A stretch of DNA of 64,000 nucleotides from an uncultured Candidatus Saccharibacteria bacterium. Lineage in GTDB: Bacteria > Patescibacteriota > Minisyncoccia > GCA-002772825. A model generated the notes under the pieces. It had not been told where the DNA came from. It was given only the letters and a program-made list of their open reading frames with translations, and made no database searches. The stretch is taken from positions 36,202-100,201 of the forward strand of contig CAZLLR010000001.1 in NCBI GenBank assembly GCA_964560655.1, written 5' to 3'. This document shows positions 27,197-34,510 of this stretch, piece after piece. How positions within the stretch are numbered: the first letter of the stretch is position 1; each line of letters begins with the position of its first letter. Position numbers and translations under genes: made by a program.

Positions 27197-27379
27197 ATGA
27201 CTCAGAAGGAAGGAGCACTTATAGATAAAGACGTCAAGCACCCAAGCCACGATACACGATCCTCAGATGCGTCAACTTATGACGAGGTATGCAAAAAATG
27301 CGGAGCAACAGATAAAGTCCCTGGTGGTTGGGGACGGCTTGCCCTACTTTGTCCTAAAAACTCTAAAGCTATAGCTTAA
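27197..27379 (+). CDS. 60-aa small protein with CxxC...C (zinc-ribbon-like)
   Basis: SD AAGGAG 8 nt upstream, and a terminator after it. Confidence 0.5.
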   Translation: MTQKEGALIDKDVKHPSHDTRSSDASTYDEVCKKCGATDKVPGGWGRLALLCPKNSKAIA

Positions 27380-27395
27380 GTCAAGGTGGTTGATC

Positions 27396-27428
27396 GCTCA
27401 CAAGACATATTCTTGTGAGCATTTTTTT
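27396..27428 (+). terminator. rho-independent terminator GCTCACAAG...CTTGTGAGC + TTTTTTT
   Basis: 9-bp stem plus T7. Confidence 0.65.
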
Positions 27429-27733
27429 ATAAAGATAATTTTTTCTACCCAAATAAATAAGCCCGAGTATTGTCACCATAAGAGGACTTCTATCTTTATA
27501 CTCCTTCTAATCACTAAGGATTAGGTCACCCAGTAAACAGAGTCAGTTAAAATAGTCTTATTTTTTAGGCTATTTTATTTTATCTCATATGAGATTTTGA
27601 CGGGCGTTAGAGGTTATAATATTTGTGTTATACTTTTTTATATGAAGAAGAAAACTCAAATATTATTTATACATGGTGGTATGACCTTTAAGAAACAGAA
27701 AGATTATTTACATCATTTAAAAACTAAAAAAAT

Positions 27734-29224
27734 ATGGACGATAATATAACGATACTTACAAAAACAGATTTCAAAGAATACCTTTTGTGCAATAAGTGTC
27801 TTTGGCTTAAAAAGAAATGCCCGGAGGAATATATTCAAGGTGACTTTTCTCTTTTCCTTAAAAAACTTATAAAAGACGGTTATGAAGTTGAATCATATGT
27901 ACAAAAACTTTTTCCTGATGGTGTCTTTCTCTCAGGCGACAAAGAAGCATTGATTTCGAGAACAAAAGATTTACTTACAGGAGATAAACCAATCTTCCAA
28001 GCAACCTTTGAAACAGATAGTGGCCTTTTTGCTAAAGTCGATATTCTTGATTTTAATAAAAAGACAAATAAGTGGGACTTGTACGAAGTAAAAGCAAGTT
28101 CAGAAATAAAGACGGATATAAAACACAACCACGTTAAAGACGTTATATTTCAGACAATCGTTGCAGAAGACTCAGGAGTTGATATTGGTGATAGTTACAT
28201 TATCTATATAAATAGGGAATATAGGCGCAGTGGTGACATAGACCTTGATAAGTTATTTATAGTTGAGAATATTGTCGAAAAAGTAGTTGAGCAAAAGGAG
28301 TTAGTACGAGGAGAGATACAATGTGCGTTAGACATGCTTAAGAAAGATGATGTGTCTCTCGATGGATGTGACTGTTTATACAAAAGCCATGGCCAACGGT
28401 GCGATTCTTTTTTTAAGTTTAACCCAAATGTACCCGAGTACTCTATTCACCACATTGTCACAGGAAATAAGCTAAAGACACTTTTAGAAGAAGGACTGTT
28501 AGATATAAAAGATATACCAGAAGATTTTGAACTTACTGATATTCAAAGAGATAAGGTTTCCCTGCAAAAAATAGGTAAACCTCTTATAGATAAAATTGCA
28601 ATAAAACAAACCTTGTCAGAGTTAGTGTTTCCCATATACTTTCTAGACTATGAAACATATGGATCTCCCATACCTCTTCTTGATGGCTATAAGACGAATC
28701 AGCAAGTCGTATTTCAAGTATCATTACATGTGTTAAGAGAAGATGGAACATTGGAACACTTTGAGTATTTAGCAGATAAGCTAGATAGTGCCACGAGAGG
28801 GCTTGTAGATATGCTAAAGGCTAATATAGGCGATGTGGGGAGCGTCGTTGTATGGTATGAGAGCTTTGAGAAGGGGAGAAATGCAGAATTAGCCGAATTA
28901 CACCCAGAAGATAAAGAATTTATGGAAGATTTAAACAATAGAGTGTTTGATCTTATGAAAGTTTTTAAGAAAGATTACTTGCATCCAGATTTCCAAGGTA
29001 GCGCCTCAATAAAGAAAGTTCTTCCTGTTCTTTTGCCAGAGCTGTCATATAAAAATTTGGACATACAAAACGGTACGATGGCGCTTAGTGAATGGGAGAA
29101 GATAATTAAAGGAAAGTTGAGTAAAGAAGAGGCTGAAAAAATAAAGCAAAATTTACTAAAATATTGTGAGCTCGACACACTTGCTATGGTAGAGATATAT
29201 AAGAAGTTAGTTATGTTAGCATAA
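27734..29224 (+). CDS. DUF2779-type protein: N-terminal Cas4/RecB-like PD-(D/E)xK nuclease fold plus C-terminal RNase-H-like region
   Basis: D...DLYEVK nuclease motif (VDILDF...WDLYEVKAS), Cys cluster (CNKC...C, CDCLYKSHGQRC), C-terminal FLDYET acidic motif. About 500 aa as in the DUF2779 family. Family assignment is from memory. Confidence 0.6.
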   Translation: MDDNITILTKTDFKEYLLCNKCLWLKKKCPEEYIQGDFSLFLKKLIKDGYEVESYVQKLFPDGVFLSGDKEALISRTKDLLTGDKPIFQATFETDSGLFAKVDILDFNKKTNKWDLYEVKASSEIKTDIKHNHVKDVIFQTIVAEDSGVDIGDSYIIYINREYRRSGDIDLDKLFIVENIVEKVVEQKELVRGEIQCALDMLKKDDVSLDGCDCLYKSHGQRCDSFFKFNPNVPEYSIHHIVTGNKLKTLLEEGLLDIKDIPEDFELTDIQRDKVSLQKIGKPLIDKIAIKQTLSELVFPIYFLDYETYGSPIPLLDGYKTNQQVVFQVSLHVLREDGTLEHFEYLADKLDSATRGLVDMLKANIGDVGSVVVWYESFEKGRNAELAELHPEDKEFMEDLNNRVFDLMKVFKKDYLHPDFQGSASIKKVLPVLLPELSYKNLDIQNGTMALSEWEKIIKGKLSKEEAEKIKQNLLKYCELDTLAMVEIYKKLVMLA

Positions 29225-29253
29225 TTGACTTTTTTAAGTATCTCTTGTAAGAT
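29225..29253 (+). promoter_or_regulatory. promoter TTGACT-17-TAAGAT
   Basis: Near-identical 29-mer to the promoter at 31909 (TTGACTTTTYTRARTATMTCTTGTAARAT). Confidence 0.5.
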
Positions 29254-29270
29254 ATATTTAGATAGAAAGA

Positions 29271-29303
29271 TAAACTCCGTACTTTATAACTTAAAAAGGA
29301 GGA
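29271..29303 (+). promoter_or_regulatory. conserved 5' leader motif, instance 3 (TAAACTCCGTACTTTATAACTTAAAAAGGAGG)
   Basis: See the 24252 entry. Confidence 0.5.
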
Positions 29304-29310
29304 AATCAAA

Positions 29311-29466
29311 ATGAGTGACACAGATCATATTTGCTTAACAGATAAGATACTAGAGAAATTTTTCTCACACAATGCCTCAAGAGAAGACACGGATCGGATA
29401 ACAAAAGATATTGAGGATTGTGTTTTCTGTAAAAGAAAATACATTAAAAGAGGACTTAAGAAGTGA
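29311..29466 (+). CDS. 51-aa small protein (MSDTDHICLTDKILEKFFSHNASREDTDRITKDIEDCVFCKRKYIKRGLKK)
   Basis: ORF read by eye (under 60 aa, so absent from the track). SD GGAGG 8 nt upstream. TGA stop. Confidence 0.45.
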   Translation: MSDTDHICLTDKILEKFFSHNASREDTDRITKDIEDCVFCKRKYIKRGLKK

Positions 29467-29480
29467 TGTGATCCTTAACA

Positions 29481-29505
29481 TAAATTCTGTACTCTAAAAA
29501 GGAGG
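29481..29505 (+). promoter_or_regulatory. conserved 5' leader motif, instance 4 (TAAATTCTGTACTCTAAAAAGGAGG)
   Basis: See the 24252 entry. No separate promoter here, so probably co-transcribed with the 29311 ORF. Confidence 0.45.
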
Positions 29506-29512
29506 TTCCATA

Positions 29513-29755
29513 ATGAACAATGATTCTAAAATTTTCTTGCTTGGTGTTGTTTGTAGCTTATTGCAGATAGTCGGACTTGCTTTAATTATAGCAAGTCCAT
29601 ATTTACCACAATCCATTTCCGTTATTATTGGAATTAGTGGATTTGCTGCGATAGTTAAACTTTTTCTCCCAAGCAAAGCGGATTTTGAAGGAAAAATCCT
29701 TCGACCAGCTGCAGCATTAGCAGGATTTGGGATAATAATTATCTCTTTAATTTAA
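29513..29755 (+). CDS. 80-aa membrane protein (3 TM)
   Basis: SD GGAGG. Hydrophobic throughout. Confidence 0.55.
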   Translation: MNNDSKIFLLGVVCSLLQIVGLALIIASPYLPQSISVIIGISGFAAIVKLFLPSKADFEGKILRPAAALAGFGIIIISLI

Positions 29756-29778
29756 TATCATAATAAAATATTTTAAAA

Positions 29779-29810
29779 ACCACGCAAAATATCGCGTGGT
29801 TTTCTCTTTT
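29779..29810 (+). terminator. rho-independent terminator ACCACGC-aaaatatc-GCGTGGT + TTTCTCTTTTT
   Basis: Same stem family as the hairpin at 24542. Confidence 0.65.
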
Positions 29811-29859
29811 TATATCATCTATATTTTATTATTCGTGTAGTGAATTAGAAGACAAGAAG

Positions 29860-29892
29860 CAACGGCTACCGAGTTTTTTTCGGTAGCCGTTG
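29860..29892. terminator. hairpin CAACGGCTACCGA-gttttttt-CGGTAGCCGTTG
   Basis: 13-bp perfect stem directly downstream of the msrB-domain stop codon (minus strand). AACGGCT stem family. Confidence 0.6.
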
Positions 29893-29932
29893 TAAATTAG
29901 GCTATCTAGTAGTAGACAAAACTAATTAGAGA

Positions 29933-30466
29933 TCAGAGAAATAAGTAAAGATACTCTTCATAACCTTCACTCTCCATCCCTTCCCTAGGTATAAATCTAA
30001 GGGCTGCGGAATTCATACAATATCTAACCTTATCATTTTCAATCGGTCCATCTAGGATAATATGCCCTAAGTGAGAATCGGCATATTTACTACGGATCTC
30101 CGTATGAGGGATGATCAATTTATAATCTTTTCTTTCTCTAACAAAATCTTTATCTATCGGCTTGAGAAAGCTGGGCCACCCTGTTCCTGAGTCAAATTTA
30201 TCTACTGAAGAAAATAATGGCTCCCCAGAGACTATATCTACATATATACCATCTTCATGATTGTCCCAATATTCATTTTGAAAGGCCGTCTCCGTACTTT
30301 CTTTCTGAGTAACTTTGTACTGTAGGGGAGTAAGAGTACTTCTTAATACTTCATCGATCGGTTTTTGAAAATTTTCCCATTCATTAGTATTAGATACAGA
30401 TTTTCCAATCTTTTCAAATAGATTGTCGTATGTGCCCTCACCCCAAATTGACTCTATAAACTTATC
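29933..30466 (-). CDS. msrB: peptide-methionine (R)-S-oxide reductase MsrB domain, in frame with upstream msrA and lacking its own start codon
   Basis: [10 protein letters not shown]...[11 protein letters not shown] catalytic block and GWPSF. Zinc-less type (no CxxC pairs). 177 codons beginning immediately after the msrA TGA. No ATG/GTG/TTG before the domain core. Confidence 0.6.
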   Translation of the reverse strand, partial: DKFIESIWGEGTYDNLFEKIGKSVSNTNEWENFQKPIDEVLRSTLTPLQYKVTQKESTETAFQNEYWDNHEDGIYVDIVSGEPLFSSVDKFDSGTGWPSFLKPIDKDFVRERKDYKLIIPHTEIRSKYADSHLGHIILDGPIENDKVRYCMNSAALRFIPREGMESEGYEEYLYLFL

Positions 30467-31102
30467 TCACCCCGAACCCTCTCTGTAATACTTATATCTA
30501 ATAGGATTCTTCTTATAATAATTTTGATGGTATTCTTCAGCTAACCAAAATGCTCCAGCCTTCTCAATACTCGTTGATATAGGTTTATCAAAGATTTTTC
30601 TTTCTTCAACTTGTTTTATTACTCCTTCTGCAATAGATTTCTCTTCATCTGTCTGGTAATAGACTGCTGAAGTATATTGATATCCACGATCGTAGAATGA
30701 CCCTTCATTATCCGTCGGGTCAGTATGCTTTAATAGATACAAAACAAGATCATGGTAATTAGTCTTAGTAGGATCATAGGTTACCTTAATCATCTCTCTG
30801 TGTCCGGTGTCGCCGGAAGAGACTTGATTATAACTCGGCTCTTCTACACCACCCCCCATATACCCAGATACAACATCTATAACTTCAGGTAATTTTTCAT
30901 AATCACTTTCAGTACACCAGAAGCAACCACCAGCAAAGTAAGCAACAGCTTCTCCCTTATTTGTAGTCGAAGTATCGATATTACTAGGCGCTGTTTTGCC
31001 TTTATACCAGCCGTAACCCCAAATACTTACCACTAGTATCCCTATAAGGACGATTATAAAAAATAGTTTAATCATATGTCTTGTCATTATAACACTACAC
31101 AC
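30467..31102 (-). CDS. msrA: peptide-methionine (S)-S-oxide reductase MsrA, membrane-anchored
   Basis: GGCFWC active-site motif. N-terminal TM helix (IKLFFIIVLIGILVVSIWGY). Stop is a TGA at plus-coordinates 30467-30469. Confidence 0.8.
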   Translation of the reverse strand: MCSVIMTRHMIKLFFIIVLIGILVVSIWGYGWYKGKTAPSNIDTSTTNKGEAVAYFAGGCFWCTESDYEKLPEVIDVVSGYMGGGVEEPSYNQVSSGDTGHREMIKVTYDPTKTNYHDLVLYLLKHTDPTDNEGSFYDRGYQYTSAVYYQTDEEKSIAEGVIKQVEERKIFDKPISTSIEKAGAFWLAEEYHQNYYKKNPIRYKYYREGSG

Positions 31103-31310
31103 TTATGATAAATAGATGACATGGAAAGAGCTAATCAAGATAACAAGCCTGCCAGTAGCAGTCACTTCTCTTTATTGCCTCGGTCCGCTTATCTTTGTAC
31201 TTCTAGCTTTGCCAGATGACGGAGACAGATGAGCCGTTCGCCTGTAAAGATTTCTATCTCAACATATGCCGGATATTTGAGAGTACTCGATCCTATGATA
31301 TACTTTTTAT

Positions 31311-31823
31311 ATGAAAAAAGGATTCATAAATGTATTGTTTATAATAGTAATTATAGTAATTGCCGGTGGTATTGGATATTTTATTTCTAATACTAACCGA
31401 GATATTGATAGTACTGAAGGAGTCAATGATATAACAACATCTTTAGATAAGACTATAGACCTAAGTAATAAGGGATTAAAAAGTATCCCTTATTATATAT
31501 TCGATCAGACAAACATAGAAGAACTCAATGTCTCTAATAATTCTTTGACAGGGGCTATACAAGCAGAGATAGGACACTTATCTAAACTAAAAATACTCAA
31601 TGCCAAAAATAATTTAATGACGGGAGTGCCAGCTGAGATCGGACAGCTACAAAACTTAGAAATCCTCGATCTCTCTAACAATCAACTTACGGGACTACCT
31701 AATGAACTAGGAAGTCTTAGAAAACTTAAAATATTAAACCTCTCTGGCAACCAATACTCAAACCAAGACCTTAAAGAGATCCGCGCTAAACTCCCAAAAA
31801 CAGTAAATATAATCCTAAATTAA
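31311..31823 (+). CDS. leucine-rich-repeat protein with N-terminal TM anchor
   Basis: At least five 23-24-residue LRRs of LxxLxxLxLxxNxLTGxxPxExGxL type (plant-specific-like). Confidence 0.7.
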   Translation: MKKGFINVLFIIVIIVIAGGIGYFISNTNRDIDSTEGVNDITTSLDKTIDLSNKGLKSIPYYIFDQTNIEELNVSNNSLTGAIQAEIGHLSKLKILNAKNNLMTGVPAEIGQLQNLEILDLSNNQLTGLPNELGSLRKLKILNLSGNQYSNQDLKEIRAKLPKTVNIILN

Positions 31824-31908
31824 AAAGACTTTAATACTGCCTACTGGCGACCTAATTTTAGACGACTAAAGAGAGTAGAAGCACGAAGGTGCCCTTGTAG
31901 TGATGATA

Positions 31909-31937
31909 TTGACTTTTCTGAATATATCTTGTAAAAT
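31909..31937 (+). promoter_or_regulatory. promoter TTGACT-17-TAAAAT
   Basis: Paralogous to the promoter at 29225. Confidence 0.5.
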
Positions 31938-31952
31938 ATGTTTAGAAAAAAT

Positions 31953-31977
31953 AAACTTCGTACTTTAAAAAAGGAGC
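31953..31977 (+). promoter_or_regulatory. conserved 5' leader motif, instance 5 (TAAACTTCGTACTTTAAAAAAGGAG)
   Basis: See the 24252 entry. Confidence 0.5.
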
Positions 31978-31984
31978 TATAACT

Positions 31985-32932
31985 ATGAGACAGAAAGTTA
32001 TTCTATTCGCTGGACCAGGAAGAGTTGCTGAGCCTACAATAGATAAATTAATACCATACGGGTGGAAGGCTGTAGTCAGTTATAGAGAAGGGCATAGAAA
32101 AGAAAGTGGCTCTCAAAAGACTGTAGAAACTTTAATCAATAAATATGGTACTGATGTTGTCTATGGTATCCCGGCAGAAATATCAGCGTACCCTGAAGCA
32201 CATAGATTCATAACAGAGGCCATGGCACACTATCCAGATATTGAAGAAATTGCCTTAATCAACGTAGCTTCTCAATATCCACCTAATCCATTTTTTGATA
32301 GAGCAACCAAAAGTGAGCTAATCAAAAAAGACTGGCGATACTTTTTATCCAACTTCTGCGTGATGCAGAACGTGACAAGGGTATTTCTAAGGCAGCTTGA
32401 AGGGAAAAATATAAAAGCAAATATCATAAGCTTCGGAGACAGTAGGGCTTATGAATATTTTTACCCTGACATCATACATCCTTTCTATTTCTCTAAAGAT
32501 AGAAAGGATAAAGATATCATCAACCTTTCTTTAAAAGAAGCTAAGGTGTTAGGATTAGATCTCCTAAGAAAATTGGGGGTAATTGGAAGGGATTGTAACC
32601 CTTATATGCTCTCAAAACTCTTGATAATGTATGCTACAAGAGAGCTTGCCCTTAAGCACGCTGGAGGTAACACTCAGATAAATGTCCTTGCTCCTGGAAT
32701 AATGGGCACATCTCCAAATGATAAACCCGGAGAAGCTGAGGCCTTTGCAAGAAAAACTACAATCTTACAGAGGATAGGAGGCTTCACCTCCGCTGCTGAT
32801 AAAATCGCCCACTTAGTAAGTGACAACTCTTATACTACTGGGGAGATAATCACAATAGATGGAGGTAAGCACCTGATATGGCTTGAAGAGCAAGAAATGA
32901 AGCGAAATAGAAGAAACTTAAATTTAGCTTGA
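31985..32932 (+). CDS. SDR-family NAD(P)-dependent oxidoreductase (enoyl-reductase-like)
   Basis: N-terminal Rossmann-type FAGPGRVAEP and C-terminal APGIMGTSP...ITGEIITIDGG. Confidence 0.65.
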   Translation: MRQKVILFAGPGRVAEPTIDKLIPYGWKAVVSYREGHRKESGSQKTVETLINKYGTDVVYGIPAEISAYPEAHRFITEAMAHYPDIEEIALINVASQYPPNPFFDRATKSELIKKDWRYFLSNFCVMQNVTRVFLRQLEGKNIKANIISFGDSRAYEYFYPDIIHPFYFSKDRKDKDIINLSLKEAKVLGLDLLRKLGVIGRDCNPYMLSKLLIMYATRELALKHAGGNTQINVLAPGIMGTSPNDKPGEAEAFARKTTILQRIGGFTSAADKIAHLVSDNSYTTGEIITIDGGKHLIWLEEQEMKRNRRNLNLA

Positions 32933-33018
32933 AAGCAATGCCCGATTCTCTTTAAAAGGAGTCGGGCATTTTATAATAAAAAGTATTATTTATCCTATTT
33001 TGCGGTATAATTAAAAAT

Positions 33019-33180
33019 ATGAGAGAAAGACCACTTATATGGGCAGGACTTTTTATAGGTTCTTTCATCGGTAGTTATATACCGATGTTTTGGGGAGGAA
33101 GTCTCTTATCTATAACATCTGTGCTGTTAAGCGCCATCGGCGCTTCTATCGGGGTGTGGATAGGCTACCAGCTTACGTAA
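33019..33180 (+). CDS. possible 53-aa Gly-zipper membrane peptide
   Basis: ORF read by eye, TATAAT 9 nt upstream (leaderless?). Overlaps the 3' end of the convergent MTase gene by 8 nt. Weak call. Confidence 0.25.
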   Translation: MRERPLIWAGLFIGSFIGSYIPMFWGGSLLSITSVLLSAIGASIGVWIGYQLT

Positions 33181-33862
33181 GCTTCTTCATATAAGCTAGC
33201 CAATAATTTCGCTTATAGCTCTGGCCTTTAAAACGATTGTAGTTAGTCTTCTTCAGTAATTTCTGTATTTTAAAATATTTTGAATATATCTCTGTAAAAT
33301 CTGTTTGGGAAAAAACTCTCTCTGTAAGCTTCATATCTGTATTAATATAAGTGTCATATTCTACACCAGGACTTTGCTTTAATAAGTTCTTAACATTCTT
33401 ATCTCCTTCTTTACACAAGGCTCTCACAAAAAAATGCCCTCTTGTCTTCAATACACGATAAACCTCCCTTAGGTAGATTGCACGTTCTTTCTCGTCTAGT
33501 GAGTTAGAGGACATAACATCAATAACTAAGTCATAAGAGCAGTCTTCAAATGGATAAGGTACGCCGATATTGGCTTCTAGATAACTGACTTTGATACCCA
33601 TCTCTTTTGCCCGAGACCGAGCAATCTTTATAGCAGTAGGGGACACTTCTAACCCTGTGACACTATTTCCCATCTGAGCTAGGTAATTGGCATTATTGCC
33701 AACCCCTGAACCAAGGTCAAGAATGTCCAGTTTGTCTATATCTGTGCCTTCATCTTTCTTTAGGAACTTAACGTATTGCTGAAGATCCTTACGCGGACCA
33801 CTACCCTTCGCTAAAAGCTGAGGGTTCTTATATTCTTTTTCCCATGCTGATATTTGAGCCAT
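33173..33862 (-). CDS. class I SAM-dependent methyltransferase
   Basis: Motif I LDLGSGVGNNANYL and acidic motif II (DLVIDV). Confidence 0.75.
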   Translation of the reverse strand: MAQISAWEKEYKNPQLLAKGSGPRKDLQQYVKFLKKDEGTDIDKLDILDLGSGVGNNANYLAQMGNSVTGLEVSPTAIKIARSRAKEMGIKVSYLEANIGVPYPFEDCSYDLVIDVMSSNSLDEKERAIYLREVYRVLKTRGHFFVRALCKEGDKNVKNLLKQSPGVEYDTYINTDMKLTERVFSQTDFTEIYSKYFKIQKLLKKTNYNRFKGQSYKRNYWLAYMKKLT

Positions 33863-34044
33863 ATTTTTATTATATATAGTGTTTATTATAATCTAATTCA
33901 ATAATAAATTATATCATTAAATTAATGACCATATTATTCTTTGGTAAGAGAAACTACTAAACGACTCATCCGTTAGTTGTCATATGGGCCGTTTAACATT
34001 TATCTCTTATTGTCTATAAAAATAAATTGTGTATAATTATAAAT

Positions 34045-34164
34045 ATGGCAAAAAGAATTACAGGAGTAGGGAAGAACAAACAATCACGTTCAAAAAAGAC
34101 TAAGAAACGACTTGCTTTAAAGCATGAAATGTTGGCAAAAAAAGCCGATAAAAAACACAAATAA
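34045..34164 (+). CDS. possible 39-aa highly basic peptide (MAKRITGVGKNKQSRSKKTKKRLALKHEMLAKKADKKHK)
   Basis: Read by eye. Extended -10 TGTGTATAAT 7 nt upstream (leaderless-type). Weak call. Confidence 0.25.
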   Translation: MAKRITGVGKNKQSRSKKTKKRLALKHEMLAKKADKKHK

Positions 34165-34190
34165 GTCTGCTTTTGGCGTGGTATTATAAT

Positions 34191-34394
34191 ATGAATAAAG
34201 GGTTTGGATTAATAGGGCTCTTAATAGGAATCGCTATCATAGCTATGATAGCTTTTGGTAGTTTCTACTATCCGGCTAATACGAAACAGGAGATTAAAGA
34301 CAACGGCGGAGCAAGTGGTATCTTAGACACAGCAAAAGGAGCAAAAGATGCTCTTGAAAAAAGAGATGCGGATATCTTGAGGCAGGTACAGTAA
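34191..34394 (+). CDS. prepilin-like small protein (type IV pilin-type N-terminus MNKGFGLIGLLIGIAIIAMIA, Gly instead of Glu at +5)
   Basis: Resembles a class III signal peptide (G|FxLxE consensus), but E5 is G. The ORF-track start 34173 is 18 nt upstream. Confidence 0.4.
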   Translation: MNKGFGLIGLLIGIAIIAMIAFGSFYYPANTKQEIKDNGGASGILDTAKGAKDALEKRDADILRQVQ

Positions 34395-34510
34395 AAATGA
34401 TTATTAGATCTTATCGCCACGAACGGTATTGACTTTATTAAGATTTCTGGTAATATACAGAAAGAATAAAAAATAGATTTGAACTTTAAAAAATGAAAGG
34501 GGGGATAAAG

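Noticed and set aside
29933-30469. Alternative genetic code (UGA=Gly, code 25 as in Gracilibacteria/SR1) to explain the in-frame TGA in msrAB
   Set aside because: TGA functions as a stop at murF (followed 9 nt later by a tRNA gene) and at two other small genes. No long conserved gene in the window contains an internal TGA.
29933-30469. Selenocysteine insertion at the msrAB TGA
   Set aside because: Not excluded. No obvious SECIS-like stem-loop was seen by eye within about 40 nt downstream, and the TGA lies in the interdomain linker rather than at a catalytic Cys position. Left as one of several hypotheses.
31141-31260. Moderately GC-enriched intergenic stretch between msrA and the LRR gene as a second ncRNA
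   Set aside because: Enrichment is weaker than at 25727-25860 and no convincing stem pattern was found. Only the GCCAGATGACGGAG motif is retained, as a possible site.
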